Origin: a virus
Lineage: Duplodnaviria > Caudoviricetes
Reading direction: 5' to 3' (one strand)
Length of the DNA stretch: 39,997 nt
Virus record (IMG/VR): IMGVR_UViG_3300037515_000242
Location: 1 to 39,997 of that record
The notes below the pieces were generated by a model. It made no database searches and had not been told where the DNA came from. It was given only the letters and a program-made list of their open reading frames with translations. Each line of letters opens with the position of its first letter. Positions within the stretch are counted from its first letter, which is position 1. Position numbers and translations under genes: made by a program. Below, piece after piece: positions 33,276 to 39,997 of this stretch.

Positions 33276-33854
33276 ATGTTGATCCGCAGCAGAGAGACCC
33301 GTCAGGGCATCCTCACGCGCTGGTTCCGGTCGCGCGGAGGGCTCTGGTTCCCCGACCTCGACCTGTTCGTGCCGAAGCACAACAACGTGCTCGCGGTGCT
33401 CGGTCGGCCCGAGGGTAAGTACCTGATCCCGGCCGCGAACATCGTGACCGATGCGGGCGACCTGCACTACGCGCAGCGTGCGGTCACGGAGGCGCTCACC
33501 AACGACTTCGACACGCATCTCGTGGCGACGGCGACGACGGGTCTTGGCAAGGCGACGGACCTGTCCGATTTCACCGAGGTCGCGGCGAGCGAGAAGACGA
33601 CTGATGTTGGCTATCCGGTACGCAACGACACTGACGGGGACAACACCGGTGCGGGCGTCGACATCGTGACGCACCTGGTCAGCTACACGACCGGAGACTT
33701 CAACGCCACGGCGATCAGTCACGGGCTCATCACCAACGCCACGCCGGGCACGGCCGAGCCGATCCTGACCGGATACGCGTTCGCGGCACCGTTCGACAAG
33801 ACGGCGAGCGACACGCTCAAGGTGTTCGTAAACCACGAGATGAGTGGCCAGTAA
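33276..33854 (+). CDS. virion appendage/fibre subunit-like protein
   Basis: GGAGG RBS before ATG 33276; NIVTDAG...Y.TGDFNA.AI....I.NA...IL....F..F.KTASDTLKVFVNH pattern of small phage beta-sandwich structural proteins. Confidence 0.6.
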   Translation: MLIRSRETRQGILTRWFRSRGGLWFPDLDLFVPKHNNVLAVLGRPEGKYLIPAANIVTDAGDLHYAQRAVTEALTNDFDTHLVATATTGLGKATDLSDFTEVAASEKTTDVGYPVRNDTDGDNTGAGVDIVTHLVSYTTGDFNATAISHGLITNATPGTAEPILTGYAFAAPFDKTASDTLKVFVNHEMSGQ

Positions 33855-33856
33855 GC

Positions 33857-35431
33857 ATGACTCCCGCCGTGCTGGACGGACCGGGCGGCAAGCGCACCAT
33901 CGCCGGTAGGGTGATCGCGGGCGGCGATAACTTCGACCCCGATTGGCAGCTCGGTACGGGCCACTACTTCGACGCAGAGGCAGCCGACGAGGAGCTAGCA
34001 CTGTACGTCGTCTATCCGCGACCTGATGCGGAGACGAGCAGCTACGCGCGTCATCGCTGGGCATTTCCGGGGGTTCTATTCGAGGTTCCGATGGGCGTGC
34101 AGTTCGGCGGGTGGCCGTACTGGTATACGAAGATCAGCGGCCCGTCCTGGCTAGACATCGTGTACGAGACGCTGATGCCCGTGGGCGATCATAAGGAGCC
34201 GTTGCCCGGCTACGGAGTGCTGGCAGGTATTGCCCCGGCGACGCCCCAGGCTGCGGAGAACGTGGTGGTTCGCGTCACGGATCAGACTGGGGCATTCATC
34301 GACGTGGAGTTCTCCATCACCGTGAGTGCAGACCCGTTCGTATTTCTCGATCCGGTGAACGGGGATGACGGCACGGCGGACGGTACGATCGACCTGCCCT
34401 ATAAGGAGCTTTCTGCACTACAGGACGCGGCTCTTGGCGAGACGATCTGCTACATCCGCGCGGCCACAGACTATCGGCCGAACCCACCCCGTCAATTCCG
34501 CGTGGGCACCGCAAACGAGCCTCGCGCCTACATAAACTTTCCGGGCGAGACGGTCGTCATCAACTGTGCAGACCAGACGGGGTTCAGCAACGGCTCGAAC
34601 GACGACACGTTCTTCGGTACCCTTACGATCAAGAACGTCAATCGAACGGACGAGAATGCCAGCAATGTGAAGGCGATTGCGCGTCTCGGTCAGGTGGAGC
34701 GCGAGACGCTTTGGCGGCTAACTTGCGAAAACATGTTCGCCGGTACTGCGTCCAACGATAACAGCGGGTTCGCAATGTACATGGCGGTCAGCGGGAGCAC
34801 GGACGACCCGACGCCCGGCCACTGGCACATATACATGACGGAATGTGTCGGGGATGAGTTGAACCCGGAGGGCGTGGGATCGAACGGCGCGAGTATGTTT
34901 CAGGCTTACATGGGACGACACTTCCTCATAGAACACACGACGGTCAAGAACAGCGAGATCATCAACAACGAGTTGCTCGGGCCGAAGGAGTCAGAGAAAC
35001 ACGGTGAGGTGCGCAACTGCAACGCCGTTGAGAACAACACGGGTAACTATCAGTTCCGCACGTTGTGCTCTTCGGAGCGGGGCTTCCCGAAGTGGCTGCT
35101 GTTCCGCCATAATTTTAGTAGCCCGGCATACGGGGGAGTGATCGGTAGCGCAGCGGCGGCGGAGAACCGAGATAGTGTGGACCACGGCCCCATCATATTC
35201 GCACGCAACAATTTCGGCAGCGCGGGCTTGGGAGCCCTGCCCGCCGTCACACCGCCGTATGACGGTGACTATCGCGCGGTCGACAACGTTGCCGGGTCCT
35301 TGAACGGCAATTACCCCACGTCTGAGGGCAACGTGATTGATAGTGTGGGCAACCTATTCGATGCGGACATGAAGCTTACCGGGGCCGCCCGGACGGCGAA
35401 CCTAGGTATCAAAGGAGCGGAGGTTGCATAA
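33857..35431 (+). CDS. Ig-like plus pectin-lyase-like beta-helix protein (putative depolymerase/adhesin)
   Basis: VVVRVTDQTG..IDVEFSITV Ig strands, FVFLDPVNGDD..ADGTIDLPYK motif, Asn-rich beta-helix-like C-terminus. Confidence 0.55.
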   Translation: MTPAVLDGPGGKRTIAGRVIAGGDNFDPDWQLGTGHYFDAEAADEELALYVVYPRPDAETSSYARHRWAFPGVLFEVPMGVQFGGWPYWYTKISGPSWLDIVYETLMPVGDHKEPLPGYGVLAGIAPATPQAAENVVVRVTDQTGAFIDVEFSITVSADPFVFLDPVNGDDGTADGTIDLPYKELSALQDAALGETICYIRAATDYRPNPPRQFRVGTANEPRAYINFPGETVVINCADQTGFSNGSNDDTFFGTLTIKNVNRTDENASNVKAIARLGQVERETLWRLTCENMFAGTASNDNSGFAMYMAVSGSTDDPTPGHWHIYMTECVGDELNPEGVGSNGASMFQAYMGRHFLIEHTTVKNSEIINNELLGPKESEKHGEVRNCNAVENNTGNYQFRTLCSSERGFPKWLLFRHNFSSPAYGGVIGSAAAAENRDSVDHGPIIFARNNFGSAGLGALPAVTPPYDGDYRAVDNVAGSLNGNYPTSEGNVIDSVGNLFDADMKLTGAARTANLGIKGAEVA

Positions 35432-35907
35432 TGGCACTCAAGCGATACACCGGAACCCTCACCTGCACGCTCGCGTCGCTGGCCGATGCCGCCGCCAGGC
35501 AGAGCGCGGCGCTGAGCCTGGAGGCGGGCGGTGGCGTGCTCTCCGCTGGTGAGGTCGCGCTTAACGCTTGGATCAGTGTTCAGGTCCAGGCCGGGACGAC
35601 GCCGGACAGTAAAGCCGAGGTCTATGCTGCCGCCGAGATGAACGGCAACTGGCAGGACGGCGCGACGGGGTCGGACGCGGCATTTACAGCGAGCGACATC
35701 GACAACCTACCGCTACTCGGTGTCATCGACTTCGACGACACGGCGGACGCGATTCGGATGATGGCTCCGGCCAGCCTCCGAGATGCCTTTGCGGGTGCTA
35801 TGCCCGACCAGGTCAGCGTCGTTGTGCTCAACGAGAGCGGAGCTGCATTCAATGCCGCAGCTACCGAGATGGAAGTCTACTACGTTGTAGAAGCGTGGGA
35901 GGCTTAG
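35431..35907 (+). CDS. small beta-sandwich virion appendage protein
   Basis: GGAGG RBS, TAATG overlap; LASLADAAARQS...VVVLNESGAAF pattern, adjacent to a LamG-like gene. Confidence 0.6.
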   Translation: MALKRYTGTLTCTLASLADAAARQSAALSLEAGGGVLSAGEVALNAWISVQVQAGTTPDSKAEVYAAAEMNGNWQDGATGSDAAFTASDIDNLPLLGVIDFDDTADAIRMMAPASLRDAFAGAMPDQVSVVVLNESGAAFNAAATEMEVYYVVEAWEA

Positions 35908-35908
35908 G

Positions 35909-36790
35909 ATGATCTATCCGGTCACGTCGCCGCATCGGGTCAGACATTCAGCCCCGATCCCCGTCGAGGCAGGGGCGGAACGTTGGCAGGTGGGTACCGA
36001 TTCTCGCTTTGACGATCTGGCGTCGTTTACGTTGGTCCTCGTCTGTGACATCCTCAACACGGGCGTGTATGATGGCACGGTCAACAGACTCATGCTTAAG
36101 ACGCAAACGACCCAGGCTCGTCAGCTCATAGTCAAGGGATCTAATGCATCCGCACCGGACGAGAACCTCTTTTTCTACGTTCAGCGCGACACCACACCAG
36201 CCCAAGCCATCCAGGTAGACAAGGGAATCTCTGGTGGCGGTAAGTATGTCATCGCGGTCACCTACGATGAGAGTGACGGTCCTCGCATCTACACGATGCC
36301 GTGGGGCGCGAGTGTCAGGCATCTCCAAGAGGTCAGCTACGCCACCCGCACGGTCGGTGCGGGAGCGACGACCGCCGACGCAGCGTCCAGTGAGTGGATC
36401 ATCTGGAATGCTGCGTCGTTCGATGACGCGGTGCCCCTGAGACACGCGGTTTTTGTTGGCCTACTCAACGCCCGTCTCGACGTTCACGACCTCCGACACC
36501 TAGTCCAAAATACATGGCTGTGGCGCAGTGACCCGCGAGTGTTGTTCGCGCTGTCTCCTAGTGGTCAGGGTGCATACCATGAAGGTGCTGCCTCGTTGGT
36601 AGACTACGGGCCGCTCCAGCTCCAGGCCCCAACCGTTGATGGCTATGGTGTGGGCAGCTTGGGGTGGCGTCGGAAAGCGCCGTGGGGGCTTCGGCTCACG
36701 CGCCAGACGGACTGGTGGCTCGATGATACGGTGGCATCGCCTTCCGGTTCCGTGACCCGTAAGATCGTGGCCGTCGTGGGGGCGCCGTGA
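35909..36790 (+). CDS. LamG/concanavalin A-like domain protein
   Basis: FDDL.SFTL...YVIAVTYD....RIY...WII.N...LL.ARL pattern. Confidence 0.6.
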   Translation: MIYPVTSPHRVRHSAPIPVEAGAERWQVGTDSRFDDLASFTLVLVCDILNTGVYDGTVNRLMLKTQTTQARQLIVKGSNASAPDENLFFYVQRDTTPAQAIQVDKGISGGGKYVIAVTYDESDGPRIYTMPWGASVRHLQEVSYATRTVGAGATTADAASSEWIIWNAASFDDAVPLRHAVFVGLLNARLDVHDLRHLVQNTWLWRSDPRVLFALSPSGQGAYHEGAASLVDYGPLQLQAPTVDGYGVGSLGWRRKAPWGLRLTRQTDWWLDDTVASPSGSVTRKIVAVVGAP

Positions 36791-36924
36791 CCGAGTGGGA
36801 GGTCCTCCTCGTCGGCGGTATGACGCACGATTCGTCGCGGCACACGTGGAACGACGTGCCTGACGGTGTGCTCGTCGTCTGGTACTGGGGGCCGCGTAGC
36901 AAGGGGAGTGAGGATCTGATCTGA
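36787..36924 (+). CDS. 45-aa hypothetical protein (below ORF-track cutoff)
   Basis: GTGA and TGATG overlaps fill the gap exactly; MTEWEVLLVGGMTHDSSRHTWNDVPDGVLVVWYWGPRSKGSEDLI. Confidence 0.6.
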   Translation: MTEWEVLLVGGMTHDSSRHTWNDVPDGVLVVWYWGPRSKGSEDLI

Positions 36925-39179
36925 TGGCCGTCAACGGACTCACCGGCTGGTCGACCTCCGATTTCCTGTCGGTCGCGGCGGCCATCGTGACCGACGGCTC
37001 GCCGTTCGGTATCTCCGCGTGGGCGCATGACGGAGACGACTGGATAGCGGGATCGATCGCGGTCTCGGGCGTCAGCGCGGGCACGAACCAAGCGCACCGC
37101 CTGACCACGGACGACGGCGGGACCAGGATCCTGAGCGCCACCGCGCGCACGACCGCGACCGGCGCGGCGCTGGCGGCGAACGCCTTCACGGCGAACGCGT
37201 GGTTCCACGGCTTCGGAGCCTTCGTCGCGGACAACCTGCGCGAGTCACGAATGAATGGCGGCTCGCTCGGTACGAACACGAACAACCGCAACGTGTCCGA
37301 GCCGGACATCTTCACCATCGGCGCGCGCAACGGGGGTAGCACGCCGTGGACCGCCGCAGGCGGCATCTGCTCGGTCTCGCTGTGGGACCTGACGGACTTC
37401 GACGAGACGGAGCGGACGGCGCTCGCCTCACTGCTCGCAACGCTCGACGGCGGGGTCGCGCCCGACCCGAGGGACGTGGACGCTCAGGTCGGGCAACCGT
37501 GGAGCGGGATGCTGCTTGCCTACTGGCGGCTCGCTGACAGCACCGACCTCGACGACCTAGTGGGCGCGAACGACCTCACGATGCAGGGGACGCTGACCAC
37601 GTTCGGCACGGCGTCGCCGGTGGGGGACGCGGACGAGGCGGGCAATATCCAGATGATATCGGAGGCGGTCGGCATCACCGAGGCGACCGTCACGACTCGT
37701 GCCATGGCACGCATCGCCGCCGAAGCAGTCGGCATCACCGAGGCGGTAGCGCGTGCTCGCACGCTGGCCCGCTTGATCGCTGAAGCGGTCGGTATCCCCG
37801 AGATGGTTGTACGCTTTCGCGCACTGGCCCGCACGACTTCCGAAACGCTCAACATCTCCGAGACGGCTGTACGCTTCCGTGCACTGGTCCGGATCAAGAC
37901 CGAGGCCGTGGCCGTCATCGAGGCGATCGTCGACATTCTCGCTCTTGGCACCATCGTGCGCGTGATAGACGAGGTAGTCCAGTTTGGTGAGTCCGTCACG
38001 CGCTCGCGTACGCTCGTCAGGTTCCGCGCTGAGACGCTCGACGTGGTCGAGGCCGTGACCCGGTCCCGCACGATGGCGCGCATCAGTGACGAGTTGGTCC
38101 ACGTCCGCGAGGTTGGTGGTTCCGTCGAGTCGCGGATCTCGGCGGTTGTCGACGAAGCTGTGCAGGTCGCGGAGACGATTGTTACCGTGCTTCCTGCTGC
38201 GCTCATTCGGGTGATAGACGAAGCTGTATGGGTCACGGAGACGATCGTTACCGTGCTTCCTGCTGCGCTCATTCGGGTGATAGACGAAGTTCTTTGGATC
38301 GTCGAGGAAGGCGGCGTGGGCACTGCGGTGGCCTACGTGCGTCGGATCAACGAGGTGGTGCAGCTCGCCGAGAGCGCGATCAACACCCTCGTCGGCAACG
38401 TGCTCATCCGCGTGATCGACGAGGTGATCCAGATGTCCGAGACGATCGCCAGGGCGCGTACGCTCGCACGTTCGATCACGGAGACGGTCGACGTGGTGGA
38501 GGTCCGAGCACGTGCCATGACGCTCGCCCGAGCGGTCGCCGAGGCCGTGCACGTCATCGAGACTAAGCTCGGCAAGCTGCCGGGAGCAATCATCCGCGTC
38601 ATCACCGAGACACTCGGCATCGAGGACGCGGTAGCGACCGCCCGGACCATGGCTCGTTCGATTATCGAGGCGGTCACGGTCCTGGAAGTTATTGCCCGTT
38701 CGCGTATGATGGTCCGCGCACTAACTGAAGCACTCCTGCTTGATGAAGCAGTTACGCGTGCCCGGACGATGGTCAGAAGTGTTGGTGAGGCGGTGCGCAT
38801 CTTGGAGGCACAATTGGGTGTGCTCCCGGGGGCACTGGTGCGTGTAGTTTCCGAAGCTTTGCGCGTGGGTGAAGTGATTGGGCGGGTGCGTAGTCTGGTG
38901 CGCACGGCAGCAGAAGTTGTTGCTATTGCAGCAACCACATTCTACTCCCTCGTATCAACTAATCTTGTGCGTGCGGTGAATGAGAACTTGATTATTACCG
39001 AAAACATACTTCGGTCACGCATCATGGTTCGTGTTATTCAAGAAACTATGGGCATTATCGAAACTGCAATTGCTTTAGTGAATATCGTGCGTGGACGTGT
39101 TCTTTCAGCAGTACTAACGTTGCGGACCACAGTGCATGCTATATTGACGTTACATACTACTGACCACAAGGACATCTAA
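36924..39179 (+). CDS. LamG-like head domain plus ~23 tandem 20-23-aa repeats (filament/fibre protein)
   Basis: ISAWA, NAWFH, FTIGAR, VSLWD, LLAYWRL LamG motifs; repeat consensus RxxxExVxIxExxxRxRxLx. Confidence 0.75.
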   Translation: MAVNGLTGWSTSDFLSVAAAIVTDGSPFGISAWAHDGDDWIAGSIAVSGVSAGTNQAHRLTTDDGGTRILSATARTTATGAALAANAFTANAWFHGFGAFVADNLRESRMNGGSLGTNTNNRNVSEPDIFTIGARNGGSTPWTAAGGICSVSLWDLTDFDETERTALASLLATLDGGVAPDPRDVDAQVGQPWSGMLLAYWRLADSTDLDDLVGANDLTMQGTLTTFGTASPVGDADEAGNIQMISEAVGITEATVTTRAMARIAAEAVGITEAVARARTLARLIAEAVGIPEMVVRFRALARTTSETLNISETAVRFRALVRIKTEAVAVIEAIVDILALGTIVRVIDEVVQFGESVTRSRTLVRFRAETLDVVEAVTRSRTMARISDELVHVREVGGSVESRISAVVDEAVQVAETIVTVLPAALIRVIDEAVWVTETIVTVLPAALIRVIDEVLWIVEEGGVGTAVAYVRRINEVVQLAESAINTLVGNVLIRVIDEVIQMSETIARARTLARSITETVDVVEVRARAMTLARAVAEAVHVIETKLGKLPGAIIRVITETLGIEDAVATARTMARSIIEAVTVLEVIARSRMMVRALTEALLLDEAVTRARTMVRSVGEAVRILEAQLGVLPGALVRVVSEALRVGEVIGRVRSLVRTAAEVVAIAATTFYSLVSTNLVRAVNENLIITENILRSRIMVRVIQETMGIIETAIALVNIVRGRVLSAVLTLRTTVHAILTLHTTDHKDI

Positions 39180-39595
39180 TGCCGACGTATAAAGGGGTGG
39201 TTACCGATTTTGTTCCAGGTGACAATATTAGTTTGCGCCGAACAATTGCCCGAGATGGTGGCGGTGTGCCTGATGAGGTACTACCGGACGGGGCAACCAT
39301 TGTTAAAGCATGGTTTACCATCAAAGAAAAAGTTTCAGACGCTGATGGTGATGCCTTGATACAGAAAGAAATCACAACACTTGCGTCAGCTGGTATTGGT
39401 GAGATCGAAAACGATGGTTCAGGAGACACTGATCCTGTACTGCGTTTTGATCTTGTTCCAGCAAATACACTTGTAATCGGGGTCTTACCGAAGCGGTATG
39501 ATGTACAAGTATTGACCAGTACTGGAGAAGTCTATACACCCGAGGTCGGCAAGATTTATGCGTCGACTCAGCAAGTAACGATAGCTTCTTCCTAG
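39179..39595 (+). CDS. BppU-N/Ig-like structural adaptor protein
   Basis: GDNISL...GATIVKAWFTIKE...LRFDLVPANT...RYDVQV..TGEVYTPEVGKI pattern; TAATG overlap. Confidence 0.6.
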   Translation: MPTYKGVVTDFVPGDNISLRRTIARDGGGVPDEVLPDGATIVKAWFTIKEKVSDADGDALIQKEITTLASAGIGEIENDGSGDTDPVLRFDLVPANTLVIGVLPKRYDVQVLTSTGEVYTPEVGKIYASTQQVTIASS

Positions 39596-39708
39596 GTACC
39601 CCTGTACGGCCTGTCGGTCCCTTGGCCATACCCCCACCCCCACCCAAGACCTAGCAACCCCCTACGGGGCTTAGGGCATGTTGTGGGGGTACTTTTCCAA
39701 CTGTACTA

Positions 39709-39832
39709 GGGTCGGTGTTGGGGTATACATGGAAATGGCCTGTCTTCCGTGGGAGCTGATCCTAGTTCGCCGGGGCGACTAAGAAGCACGAAAGACAGGC
39801 CATTCCAACTCTACCCACACCAACACCTACCC
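39709..39832. ncRNA. long imperfect hairpin, candidate structured RNA or cis-element
   Basis: Nested arms: 39709-39721/39820-39832, 39731-39751/39787-39806 and 39763-39771/39774-39781. Confidence 0.5.
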
Positions 39833-39997
39833 ATGAACTATAAAACTAACATGAAGTACCCTGCGGATTCAATACCCTAGGCGTCACGTTTCTGCACTAA
39901 CCCCCAATTAGGTCCATCTTCAACATCTACTTTAACTGGCACGCTAAAACTAATCGCTGTTTCCATGATATGGTAAAGTGCTGCGAAAGCTTCTTTG

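Larger units (their letters stand above)
1..39997 (+). mobile_element. tailed bacteriophage (siphovirus-like) genome segment
   Basis: Terminase-portal-capsid-tail-lysis gene order; no sheath gene and no host genes. Confidence 0.97.

Noticed and set aside
24880-38290. Diversity-generating retroelement TR/VR pair among fibre repeats
   Set aside because: There is no reverse transcriptase in the window. Differences between repeat copies are not adenine-restricted (e.g. T/C and GCA/ATG in the 66-bp pair) and all copies are coding
37520-38938. Several minus-strand ORFs with repeats
   Set aside because: Shadows of the repeat-containing filament gene
39750-39795. Hammerhead ribozyme (CTGA...CGAAA) or SRP RNA inside the terminal hairpin
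   Set aside because: The core reads CTGATCC rather than CTGANGA, and the SRP helix-8 GGAA/AGCAG motif is absent
1-39997. tRNA genes, integrase/att site, host assignment, alternative genetic code
   Set aside because: I recognised no cloverleaf or recombinase motifs. Genes tile densely under the standard code. Host clues (lipoprotein, leaderless start, GC mosaic) are too weak to name a taxon

Overview
A ~40 kb segment of a tailed dsDNA phage with siphovirus gene order. Every credible gene is on the + strand. (1) 1-1.2 kb: a possible origin-like non-coding stretch and a Holliday-junction-resolvase-like gene. (2) 1.3-5.2 kb: early cassettes, each built from a sigma70-like promoter, a shared leader/RBS motif, small genes and a hairpin terminator. 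(3) 5.2-10.3 kb: translationally coupled small accessory genes. These contain a permuted network of short exact repeats converging on the core CCCGAG(GACGT), which flank otherwise unique mini-domains; this is a candidate domain/gene-shuffling array. (4) 10.3-28.2 kb: TerS, TerL, portal, scaffold, decoration, major capsid, head-tail joining, tail terminator, tail tube, -1 frameshifted tail chaperones, tape measure and one 1386-aa hub/fibre protein. (5) 28.4-33.2 kb: lysis genes (holin-like, CHAP endolysin), then a glycan-active cassette (alginate-lyase-like, secreted polysaccharide-lyase-like, Tat-motif protein, sulfotransferase). (6) 33.3-39.6 kb: a second appendage-like module with LamG-type domains and a protein carrying ~23 tandem 20-23-aa repeats. 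(7) A long non-coding hairpin near the right end. I saw no integrase, replication genes, reverse transcriptase, tRNA or CRISPR array. All functional calls come from motif recognition and gene order by eye, not database searches.
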